From the NCBI GenBank assembly GCA_039919545.1, contig JBDSFL010000342.1, forward strand, positions 1 to 39,473: a stretch of DNA of 39,473 bases, in the 5' to 3' direction. Position 1 is the first letter of the stretch, and every line of letters starts with the position of its first letter. The translations under genes and the position numbers were made by a program. A model generated the notes under the pieces. It worked only from the letters and a program-made list of their open reading frames with translations. It was not told where the DNA came from and did no database searches. The DNA comes from Thermoanaerobaculia bacterium (lineage in GTDB: Bacteria > Acidobacteriota > Thermoanaerobaculia > UBA5066). Shown one piece after another: positions 19,236 to 27,332 of this stretch.

Positions 19236-20681
19236 ATGTCTCCCCCGCCGAGCCACAGCGGCGCTTCCCCCGCCCGGTCGCGCGTCGTCTTCTACAACCC
19301 GAAAGCGGTCTTCTTCACGATGCCGCTGGGCCCGCTCGCCGTCGCCTCGCACCTGGACAGGAGCCGCTACGATGTCGTCCTGATCGACGGCCGGCTCGAG
19401 GCGGATCCCGCTGGTGCGGTGGTCGATGCGCTCGAGGGCGCGCTCTGCCTCGGCGTCTCGGTGCTCACCGGGGCGCCGATCCACGATGCGGTGGAAGTCT
19501 CACGCGCGGCGCGCGCCGCCTATCCCGATCTCACGATCGTGTGGGGCGGGTGGCACCCGTCCCTGTTCGCCGCGGGCTGCCTGCAGGAAGCGAGCGTGGA
19601 CGTGACGGTGCAGGCGCAAGGGGAGGAGACCTTCGCCGAGATCCTGGAGCGGCTGCAGGACGGCCGCTCGCTCGAGGGGTGCGCGGGCTGCACCTATCGT
19701 GGGGTGGACGGCAGGCCCGTCCAGAACCCGCCCCGCGTGTTCTCCAACATCAACGGTTTCCAGACGCACGACTACGACCTCCTGCCCGTGGAGCGGTACT
19801 TCACGCTCAAGGGAAAACGGCAGCTCGACTACATCGCCTCCCAGGGTTGCTTCTTCCGCTGCGCTTTCTGCGCCGACCCCTACGTGTTCGGCCGGAAGTG
19901 GGTAGGGCTCGAGCCGGCACGTGTCGGCGAGGAGCTGGAGCGCCTCTGGCATCGCTATCACTTCGATGACGTGAACTTCCAGGACGAGACGTACTTCACG
20001 TACGCCGACCGCGTGGAGGCGATCGCCGACGAGCTGATCGACCGGAAGCTGCCGGTCTCGTGGGCGGCCACGATGCGGGCCGACCAGGGAGAGCGCCTGC
20101 CCGAAGAGGTGATGGCGAAATGCCGCCGCTCGGGGCTGCGCCGCCTGATCATCGGGGTCGAATCGGGCTCTCAAGAAACGATGGACCGCATCAAGAAGGA
20201 CATCAAGCTCGAGCAAGTTTTCTCGAGCGCCGAGAAGTGCGCGCGGCACGGCGTGGCGGTGAATTTCCCCTTCATCGTCTGCTTCCCGAACGAGAGTGAG
20301 GACAGCCTGCGCGCGTCCATCGAGGTCGCCAAGAAGCTGCGTGCGATGAGCCCGAGCTTCCAGACGCCCTTCTATTACTTCAAGCCCTATCCCGGGACGC
20401 CGATCACCGACGACGCGATCCGCGAGGGCTTCCAGCCGGCCGAGACGCTGGAGGAGTGGGCGAACTTCGACTGGTATCAGACGGGGCCCTGGGTGACCGA
20501 GGAACGCGAGCGCCTGATCGAGCGCTTCAAGTTCTACCAGCAGCTCGCCTTCGACCGTCCGAAGCCCTGGCAGCACACGCTGCAGCGGCTCGCGCGGTGG
20601 CGGTGCGCGAAGGATTTTTACCGGCTCCCGCTCGAGATGCTCGCGATGAACGCCCTCGCTCCCACCACGCGGCTCTCGTGA
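19236..20681 (+). CDS. B12-binding-domain radical SAM enzyme, copy C
   Basis: ORF 19140..20681. I prefer the ATG at 19236 (MSPPPSHSG...); the GTG at 19140 lies inside the hairpin loop. The B12-like N-domain reads VVFYNPKAVFFTMPLGPLAVASHL...GVSVLTG...IVWGGWHP. The rSAM motif is QGCFFRCAFC, with IIGVESGSQETMDRIKK downstream. Confidence 0.85.
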   Translation: MSPPPSHSGASPARSRVVFYNPKAVFFTMPLGPLAVASHLDRSRYDVVLIDGRLEADPAGAVVDALEGALCLGVSVLTGAPIHDAVEVSRAARAAYPDLTIVWGGWHPSLFAAGCLQEASVDVTVQAQGEETFAEILERLQDGRSLEGCAGCTYRGVDGRPVQNPPRVFSNINGFQTHDYDLLPVERYFTLKGKRQLDYIASQGCFFRCAFCADPYVFGRKWVGLEPARVGEELERLWHRYHFDDVNFQDETYFTYADRVEAIADELIDRKLPVSWAATMRADQGERLPEEVMAKCRRSGLRRLIIGVESGSQETMDRIKKDIKLEQVFSSAEKCARHGVAVNFPFIVCFPNESEDSLRASIEVAKKLRAMSPSFQTPFYYFKPYPGTPITDDAIREGFQPAETLEEWANFDWYQTGPWVTEERERLIERFKFYQQLAFDRPKPWQHTLQRLARWRCAKDFYRLPLEMLAMNALAPTTRLS

Positions 20682-20702
20682 GCCTGGCGTGAGCGTCGAG
20701 CC

Positions 20703-21395
20703 GTGAACGCGCTGGTCGGCTCGTTCTACCGGGTCGCCATGCCGTTCCAGCGCTTCGTGCTGAGGCGCCGCGTTCGACGGCTGACGATGGAAAATCTGGA
20801 CGGCCTCTCCATCGTCGTTCTCCCCGACGTCTTCAACGGCGTGGTCTTCCGTACCGGCGCGCTGCTGGCGCGAGCGGTGGGCGGGCACGCCGCGCGCGAC
20901 ACGAAGGCTCGGGCGCTCGACATGGGCACGGGAAGCGGCCTCGGAGCGCTCGCGGCCGCGCGGGTCGGGTACCGCGTGACGGCCGTGGACGTGAATCCCG
21001 AGGCCGTGCGCTGCACGCGCGTGAATGCGCTTTTGAACCGTCTCGAGGAGCGGGTCGAGGTGCTCGAAGGCGATCTCTTCGACGCCGTGCCTCGTCAAGT
21101 TTTCGATCTGATTCTCTTCAATCCCCCCTTTTTCGGCGGGGCACCCCGCGACCTTCACGACCTCTCGTGGCGCAGCAACGACGTCTTCCCCCGCTTCGTG
21201 GCGGCGCTCCCCTCCGCGCTGAAGACCGACGGGCTGGCGCTCGTCGTCCTCTCCACGCACGGAGACGCGGCCGGCCAGGCCAGCCTCCTGCTGACGGCTC
21301 CGTCCCTTTCGGTGCGCGCCGAGGTGGTGCGCCACTTCGGAAACGAGACGCTGACCGTCTATGCGGTGCGTCACGCGCCCGCGGCGAACGCATGA
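20703..21395 (+). CDS. SAM-dependent methyltransferase, HemK/PrmC-like 'MTS' type (MT3)
   Basis: Motif I is ALDMGTGSGLGALAAARVGYRVTAVDVNPEAV. The N-methyltransferase-type motif IV is DLILFNPPFF (an NPPY-like motif). Length 230 aa. Its stop overlaps the next start (ATGA at 21392-21395). Confidence 0.75.
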   Translation: MNALVGSFYRVAMPFQRFVLRRRVRRLTMENLDGLSIVVLPDVFNGVVFRTGALLARAVGGHAARDTKARALDMGTGSGLGALAAARVGYRVTAVDVNPEAVRCTRVNALLNRLEERVEVLEGDLFDAVPRQVFDLILFNPPFFGGAPRDLHDLSWRSNDVFPRFVAALPSALKTDGLALVVLSTHGDAAGQASLLLTAPSLSVRAEVVRHFGNETLTVYAVRHAPAANA

Positions 21396-22918
21396 GCGCG
21401 CGCCCGGTCCTCCTCGTCAACCCGCGCATCTGCTCGCCGAGGAACGCGCGGCTCCCTCTCTCGCTTCTTTCTCTCGGCGCTGTGCTCGAAGGGCGCCGCG
21501 AGTACGAGATCCTGGACGGGAACCTCGAGCCCGACCTCGACGGCAAAGTCCTCGCCGCCCTCGCGCGAACGCCGCATGCGCTCGTGGGCGTGAGCGTGAT
21601 GCCCGGCCCCCAGGTCGCGCCCGCGATCGCGGTCTCGTCCGCCGTGCGCGCGCGGTTTCCCGAGGTGCCGATCGCCTGGGGCGGCTACTTTCCCACGATG
21701 TACACCGAGGCCGCGCTGAACGCGCCGTACGTGGACTTCATCGTGCGCGGACAGGGCGAGGAGACGCTGCTCGAGCTGCTCGCGCGGCTCGACGAGGAGC
21801 CCGGGGCCTCGCCCGGCGCCGAGGCGGGATTCGCCGAGGTGACCGGCCTCTCGTGGAAGCGCGACGGCGTTTTCGTGCACAACCCCGAGCGGCGCTTCCG
21901 CCCGCCGGACGAGCTCCCCGCGCTCCCCTACGCACGGCTCGGCGACGTCACCCGGTATCTCGGGAAAACGTTCATGGGAGAGCGGACCGGCGTTCATCAG
22001 GCGGCCATCGGCTGCCGCTACCGCTGCGGCTTCTGCGGCGTCGTTTCCATGTTCAACGGCACCACGATCCTGCCGCGCCCGCGGCACATGGGCGACGCCG
22101 TACGCGAGCTGCGCGATCGCTACGGCGCCACCGGCATGCAGTTCTTCGACAACAATTTCTTCGATCGGGAGGAGAACAGCATCCCGGCGCTCCAGGAGCT
22201 GGCGGGGCTGGGAATGCCGTACTGGGTCTACGCGCGGGCGGACACGCTCGCCAATTTCTCCGCGTCGACCTGGGAGCTGGTCAAGGCGAGCCGGCTGCGC
22301 ATGGCCTACATCGGCGCGGAGGCCGCCAGCGACGACGTGCTGCGGAAGATGCACAAGGGCGCCCGCGTGGAGCACACGCTGGAGGTCGCCGCGCGCTGCA
22401 GGGAGAACGACGTCATCCCGGAGTTCTCGTTCGTCCTCGGAGGGCCGGAGGATGCCGAGGGGGAGATCGAGAAGACGCTGAACTTCATCAAGCGGGTGAA
22501 GGGTCTCCATCCCGCATGCGAGGTGATCCTCTATTTCTACACGCCCACGCCGCAGCGCGATCCCGCCGCGGCGCGAGGCGGGGCCGTCCTCCCGACGCAG
22601 GAGGCCTACGGGCCGACGGGGCTGGCGCTGCCCACGACGCCCGAGGAATGGACCGAGCCACGCTGGATCGAGTTCGTCTGCCATCAGGACGCTCCGTGGC
22701 TCACCGCCAGGACCCGTCAGCGCGTGAAGGATTTCGCGCAGGTCCTGGCGTGCCGCTTTCCCACGGTGCAGGACACGCGGACCCCGGCGTGGGGGCGCGC
22801 GGCGTTGAAGGGGCTGGCGTCATGGCGCTATGCGACCGGTGTGTACGCACGGCCCGCCGAGCTGGCCGCCGCGCGTCGCCTCATCCCGCTGCGTGAACCT
22901 CAGCGGGAAGGGCTCTGA
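21392..22918 (+). CDS. B12-binding-domain radical SAM enzyme, copy D (paralog of copy C)
   Basis: ORF 21167..22918, trimmed to the ATG at 21392 (MSARPVLLVNPRI...). The N-domain reads LPLSLLSLGAVL...GVSVMPG...IAWGGYFP. The rSAM motif is IGCRYRCGFC, with YIGAEAASDDVLRKMHKG downstream. Visible block-by-block similarity to copy C. Confidence 0.85.
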   Translation: MSARPVLLVNPRICSPRNARLPLSLLSLGAVLEGRREYEILDGNLEPDLDGKVLAALARTPHALVGVSVMPGPQVAPAIAVSSAVRARFPEVPIAWGGYFPTMYTEAALNAPYVDFIVRGQGEETLLELLARLDEEPGASPGAEAGFAEVTGLSWKRDGVFVHNPERRFRPPDELPALPYARLGDVTRYLGKTFMGERTGVHQAAIGCRYRCGFCGVVSMFNGTTILPRPRHMGDAVRELRDRYGATGMQFFDNNFFDREENSIPALQELAGLGMPYWVYARADTLANFSASTWELVKASRLRMAYIGAEAASDDVLRKMHKGARVEHTLEVAARCRENDVIPEFSFVLGGPEDAEGEIEKTLNFIKRVKGLHPACEVILYFYTPTPQRDPAAARGGAVLPTQEAYGPTGLALPTTPEEWTEPRWIEFVCHQDAPWLTARTRQRVKDFAQVLACRFPTVQDTRTPAWGRAALKGLASWRYATGVYARPAELAAARRLIPLREPQREGL

Positions 22919-24374
22919 GGATCAGCTCCAGCACGCGGGGATCCAGGCGCGGCGTGATTCCGGGCCCGAAGGCGAAGCGGATCCCTTCCCCGAACGCGCC
23001 CCGCAGCTCTACCGGAACGAGCGCGGCAACCCGGCGCACTCGCTCGACTCCGGCCAGGCCGGCGGGCGAGGTCGCGTCCGCCGTCTCGAACAGCGCGGCC
23101 GCGTAGCCCCAGCCGTAGCCGAAGACGAGGTCCCGCCGGCGCGGACCCCCGACCTCGAGGAGCCGGATGAGTCGATCCGGATCGTGTCCGAGCTTGTGCG
23201 CGAGCACCCAACCGGTGGACGTGTCGTTCGGCACCGACGCCTTCACGTCGCGGAGGGCGTTCACGCCCGCGGCGATCGACGTCGCGATCAGGACGAGCGC
23301 GCCGAGCCGCAGCGCATGGCGCCGCGCGGAGAAACCGGCGAGGGCGAGCAGGGAGAGAAGGGGAAGAATGAACGCCAGGTGGCGGTAGTAGATGAAATCG
23401 TCGAAGTCGCGGCGCGGCCCGAAGAGCGGGCTCGCGGCGTAGAGCAGCAGCCACGTCACGAGCACGAGAGCCCCGAGCGCCGCGGCTCGGCGCGTCTCGC
23501 GGCGCAGGATCGCCAGGAGCACGCCTCCCGCGGCCACCAGCACGAAGCCGACGCGCAGCGATTCCTTCCCGAGGCCGGCGAGCGCGGGGAGCTGCGTGGC
23601 TCCGGGCAGCGTGTGCGAAAAGACGCGGCGCCAGAGGCTCAGGAGATCGCCGAGCGGCGGCGAGAGAAAATCGAGGCCGCGAACGGAGAGCGGCCCGTGA
23701 GGCTGCAGCAGGAATCCGGTGGGCACCGTGACGCGCACGAGCAGATGGAGGGAGAGCAGCCCCGCGCAGCTAGCCGCGAACCCGAGCATCACGCGGCGGC
23801 CTGCGGCCCCGCGCGCTCCGCGCGCTTCGAGCACGACGAGAACCAGAGCCGCCGGCACGAGCGCGAGGTCTTCGTAGGAGAAGACGATCGCGAGCGCCAC
23901 GAACGCACCGAAGAGCGCTGCCCGCCGCCGCGTGCCGAGCCCCACGTGCGTGAAGAGCAGGAAGACGATCGGCCAGATGCCGCTCGCGGCATGGAGACCG
24001 AAGCCGAGGACCGACCAGGGGAGAAGAAGCGGAAGCGAGAAGACGGAGAAGAGCGCGTAGGTGAGCGCGGCGCCGCCTCCGAAGACGCGGCGCGCCACCG
24101 CGATCGCGGCCGCGCGCGCGGCCGTGTCGAAGAGCAGCGCCGCCAGCACGAGCGAGGGGAGCCCGGCGCTCCGCACCAGGGGCGTGAGGAGCAGCGCGAG
24201 CAAGGAGAGGACGATGCTCCCTCCCTCGTGCGGGTAGTGAACGAGCTGGTCATAGCGAAGTCCGGTACTTCGCGCCTCGTCGAGCAAAAGCTCCCACGCG
24301 AGCTGGTCGGGTGCGCGCGTCCAGCCCTGGAACTTCAGGGCGTAGACGAACCGAATCACGGTTCCCGCCGCCAC
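22881..24374 (-). CDS. Polytopic integral membrane protein, possibly a GT-C-fold glycosyltransferase; 5' end uncertain
   Basis: About 10 or more hydrophobic helices, for example SIVLSLLALLLTPL, IWPIVFLLFTHVGL and LAFILPLLSLLALAGF, followed by a roughly 110-aa soluble tail. No motif is diagnostic by eye. The context (a divergent ArnT/PMT-like gene and a nearby Ppm1-like GT2) suggests GT-C. The stop-free in-frame sequence upstream of the GTG at 24374 encodes the first half of a transmembrane helix but has no start codon. Confidence 0.45.
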   Translation of the reverse strand: MAAGTVIRFVYALKFQGWTRAPDQLAWELLLDEARSTGLRYDQLVHYPHEGGSIVLSLLALLLTPLVRSAGLPSLVLAALLFDTAARAAAIAVARRVFGGGAALTYALFSVFSLPLLLPWSVLGFGLHAASGIWPIVFLLFTHVGLGTRRRAALFGAFVALAIVFSYEDLALVPAALVLVVLEARGARGAAGRRVMLGFAASCAGLLSLHLLVRVTVPTGFLLQPHGPLSVRGLDFLSPPLGDLLSLWRRVFSHTLPGATQLPALAGLGKESLRVGFVLVAAGGVLLAILRRETRRAAALGALVLVTWLLLYAASPLFGPRRDFDDFIYYRHLAFILPLLSLLALAGFSARRHALRLGALVLIATSIAAGVNALRDVKASVPNDTSTGWVLAHKLGHDPDRLIRLLEVGGPRRRDLVFGYGWGYAAALFETADATSPAGLAGVERVRRVAALVPVELRGAFGEGIRFAFGPGITPRLDPRVLELILRALPAEVHAAG

Positions 24375-24536
24375 GAGCAGTCCCGCGACGATGACGAGAG
24401 CGGCGGCGCGCGATTCTTGCCGCGCGCACGGTTCATCCGGAGGGAGGCGTGCGGAAAGGGGACGATCGTCGATGGTTGGCTAATATAGCCCCGCCTCCCG
24501 AGCGCTCCCCTGTCAGATCCGAGAAAGAACGGTTCC

Positions 24537-26135
24537 ATGCTGAAGAGAGAACGCCTCCTGGATCTCGCGGCTCTCGGAGTCGTCGTGGCCTTCGCGGCGG
24601 TGAGCTGCGTGGGACTCGACCGCTTCCCCGCGGCCCAGCTCGACGAGGTCTGGCAGGCGGCTCCGGGATACGACTTCTTCGAGACAGGACGCTTCGCCAC
24701 GCCGATCTTCGCCGGGTTCTTCGGCATGGAGCGGCACTACTACGGCTTCATGCCGCTCTCGCCTCTGTTCCTCGGCGCCTCGCTTCGCCTCTTCGGGCTG
24801 TCGCTCGGGGCGCTTCGCCTCGTCCCTTTGCTGATGGCCTGCGGCGTGCTCGCGCTGACGTACCTCCTCGGGAGGCGCCTTTTTTCGGCGGCCCACGGGC
24901 TGCTCGCGATCGCGATGCTCGCCTGCTGGCCCATCGCGTTCCGGCTGCCCTATCTCACGACAGGGATTCCCCTGGCGGACCTGGCCCGCATCGGGCGGTA
25001 CGACATTCCCGTGCCGGTCTTCGGGCTTCTCGCTCTGCTGGTGGTCGCACCGCGCGAGGACGGGGACATGGCGAGCGTTCGGAGCGCTCGGTTCTTCTGG
25101 GCCGGCGCCCTGGCCGGGCTCGCCACGCTCTGCCACGCCTACGGCGCCGCCTGGCTCGCGGTGATTCTGGTTCCGTTCGGCATCCGCAACCTCTCGGTCT
25201 GTGCACGCCGCGCGGGCGCCGCCGTGCTGGGGTTCCTGCTCGCGCTCGCGCCCTGGCTCGTCTTCGTGGCCTCGGGCTGGCAGGACTTCGTGGATCAGAA
25301 CCGCAACTACAGCCCGCGATTCGCGCTCTCGCGCGTCGACTTCTTCACCTCGAACGTGCTGCGCGAGATCGAGCGGTATTCATTCGTCGGCAGCGCCATG
25401 CGGCGCGGCGGGGTGACGGCCTGGATCTTCGCGCTCTCGGTGCTCGCCGGATCACTCGTCCTCGCGAGCGGAGCCCGCCGGCGGCCGATGCCGCGGGCAG
25501 CCTGTTTCCTCCTCGGCCCGTTGCTCGTGCTGGCCGGCTCCTTCGCGCTGCTGCTCGAGCAGAAAAACCGGATGTACCTCGCCACGATCTGGCCGTTCCT
25601 CGCGTTGATCGCCTCGGTGGGCCTGCTCGCCGTCGTGCGGCGCCTCCCGAAGGGGCTCTCCTTCGCCCTGCCGCTGATGGTGGCGGTGACGTGCGTCGAA
25701 GGAGCGCTGGCCTACCGCCGCTTGGTCATCGAAGGTCGCGCGGCCACGCCCTACGCCGCACTCGTGAAGCGGCTCCATGCGGCCGTCCCTCTCGGAAGCC
25801 GCGTCCTGGCCGTGCCCCTCACCTGGATGGACCCGGTGCCGCGCACGGCCGATTTTCGCGCGCTGAACGTCCCCATCTATCTCGCCAGCGCGAGCTTCGT
25901 GCGCCACCCCGTCCCTTTCGGCACGGCGGCCGACGCGGTGGGGGCCGACGTCCTGATCGTGGATCGCACCGTCAGCGGCTTCCTTCAGGAGTCACGTGAT
26001 CCGAAGCATCCCTTCCATGCGCTGGGCGAGCAGATGCGCGCCTGGATCGAGAGCCGGCGTGAGGGGCTGCTCGCGGACTTCGAGGATCCGACGTATGGGC
26101 GCTTCGAGGTCTGGAGACTGAGGCGGGCGCCATGA
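24537..26135 (+). CDS. ArnT/PMT_2-like (GT39/GT83-type) GT-C membrane glycosyltransferase
   Basis: Multi-pass membrane protein. The first periplasmic loop carries an acidic DE motif (AAQLDEVWQAAPGY) right after TM1, as in ArnT/PMT-type GT-C enzymes. A long run of helices follows (LRLVPLLMACGVLALTYLLG and others), then a soluble C-terminal domain of about 130 aa. Confidence 0.6.
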   Translation: MLKRERLLDLAALGVVVAFAAVSCVGLDRFPAAQLDEVWQAAPGYDFFETGRFATPIFAGFFGMERHYYGFMPLSPLFLGASLRLFGLSLGALRLVPLLMACGVLALTYLLGRRLFSAAHGLLAIAMLACWPIAFRLPYLTTGIPLADLARIGRYDIPVPVFGLLALLVVAPREDGDMASVRSARFFWAGALAGLATLCHAYGAAWLAVILVPFGIRNLSVCARRAGAAVLGFLLALAPWLVFVASGWQDFVDQNRNYSPRFALSRVDFFTSNVLREIERYSFVGSAMRRGGVTAWIFALSVLAGSLVLASGARRRPMPRAACFLLGPLLVLAGSFALLLEQKNRMYLATIWPFLALIASVGLLAVVRRLPKGLSFALPLMVAVTCVEGALAYRRLVIEGRAATPYAALVKRLHAAVPLGSRVLAVPLTWMDPVPRTADFRALNVPIYLASASFVRHPVPFGTAADAVGADVLIVDRTVSGFLQESRDPKHPFHALGEQMRAWIESRREGLLADFEDPTYGRFEVWRLRRAP

Positions 26136-26170
26136 GCGCCAGGTTCCATCGACGGTGCGGCGCCCCGTGA

Positions 26171-27202
26171 TCAAGGTCGACGTTCCGCGATGACGTCCGG
26201 CAGCGTCGCGCAGACGCGTTCGAAGACCTCGTCCACGGATACACGCGTCAAACACAGCAGATCGCCGCGGGCGCAGCTCGGTTGCATGCACGCGCCGCAG
26301 GCCAGATCCTCGCTGTAGAAGCCGCTACAGCCCGGGCCGTTCGGCCGGCTCCACACCGAGCGGCTCGCTCCGAAGATCGCGACGGCCGGCACCCCCTGCG
26401 TCCAGGCCAGGTGCATGAGGCCGGAGTCCTCGCTCACGATCGCCTCGGCCTCGGCCAGCAGAGCCATCGCCTCGTCCGGCGTCGTCTCTCCGCTGAAATC
26501 GAGGAGCGACGCGCCGAGAGCGGCCTTCAACGCGGCGAAGCGCGGCAGGAGCCCGCCCTCGCCGATCGTCAGGAGCTGCGCGCCCCGCTCGCTCCGGAGG
26601 CGCTGGCCCAGAGCCACCCAGCGCTCGAGAGGCCACTGCTTGGTCACCCAGCCTCCCGCCGGATTCAGGCAGACGAGGGGGCGCGCTTCATCGCGGCCCC
26701 GCGTGCCGAGCATCTCCCGCGCCCTCTGTTCGGCCGCGAGCGTGAGCCCTGGCGCGAGACGCGGCTTTATCGGACCGAGCCCGACCCAGTCGAGCGCCTC
26801 GACGTAGCGCGTCAACCCGTTGCGCGGAGCGAAGCGGTCGAGCGCGACCCAGGCCGGAGGATTGGCGAGACGCACGAGGGCGCGCGAGAAGGGCGAACGC
26901 TGGAGGTCGACGACGACATCGAGCGGTTCGCGGCGCAGCGCACGCGAAAGCCTCAGCAGCGCGAGGCCGCGCTGCATCCGGCTGGCCCGGCCATCGACGG
27001 TGTGGACGCGCGCGACGTCTTTTCGCGCGGTGAACAGCGATCTCGAACGCTCGTCGGTGACGATCTCGATGGCACACGCGGGCCAGCGCTCCGACAGCGC
27101 ACCGACCAGAGGCAGGAGACCCGTCGTGTCGCCGAACGCCTGGAGACGGATGAGCACGAGACGCCGCGGGGCCTGGAGTGAGGTACGTGACACACCGACC
27201 AT
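26171..27202 (-). CDS. Glycosyltransferase family 9 (heptosyltransferase-like)
   Basis: ORF 26171..27475, trimmed to the ATG at 27202. GT9 hallmarks: RRLVLIRLQAFGDTTGLLPLVGAL, LVCLNPAGGWVTKQWPLERWVALGQRL and SEDSGLMHLAWTQGVPAVAIFG. A Cys-rich C-terminal segment CGACMQPSCARGDLLC is present. Confidence 0.85.
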   Translation of the reverse strand: MVGVSRTSLQAPRRLVLIRLQAFGDTTGLLPLVGALSERWPACAIEIVTDERSRSLFTARKDVARVHTVDGRASRMQRGLALLRLSRALRREPLDVVVDLQRSPFSRALVRLANPPAWVALDRFAPRNGLTRYVEALDWVGLGPIKPRLAPGLTLAAEQRAREMLGTRGRDEARPLVCLNPAGGWVTKQWPLERWVALGQRLRSERGAQLLTIGEGGLLPRFAALKAALGASLLDFSGETTPDEAMALLAEAEAIVSEDSGLMHLAWTQGVPAVAIFGASRSVWSRPNGPGCSGFYSEDLACGACMQPSCARGDLLCLTRVSVDEVFERVCATLPDVIAERRP

Positions 27203-27332
27203 CCCTTCCGGCTCGAAGGGCAAGATCGGAATCGGAGCGGGAAGGGCGGAGGCCACGCGCGAGTCTAGGCCGGAGGCCGGATGGAATGGCGGCGCCGCAT
27301 GGCGATCGTCGAAGCTTCTGTTCGGCATTACG

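Noticed and set aside
13862-22918. Search for a RiPP precursor peptide, a PqqD/RRE, a leader peptidase or an ABC exporter within or next to the rSAM cluster.
   Set aside because: The coding capacity is fully used by the eight assigned genes. The gaps (34, 123, 13, 111 and 21 nt) hold no start-to-stop small ORF. Calling this a RiPP cluster is therefore not supported by this window alone, and it is kept only as one hypothesis.
22881-22918. 38-bp overlap of the 3' ends of convergent genes (rSAM-D and the GT-C-like protein). A similar 17-bp convergent overlap lies at 30495-30511 (PIG-L and GT2).
   Set aside because: Short convergent overlaps are common in compact GC-rich genomes and need no special explanation. 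They only indicate that no intrinsic terminators sit between these genes.
26171-26330. Cys-rich C-terminal tail of the GT9 protein (CGACMQPSCARGDLLC), considered as a possible novel zinc-ribbon fusion.
   Set aside because: As far as I remember, a C-terminal cluster of Cys residues just before the final helix is common in GT9 heptosyltransferase-like proteins from many phyla. It is probably a family feature and not a fusion.
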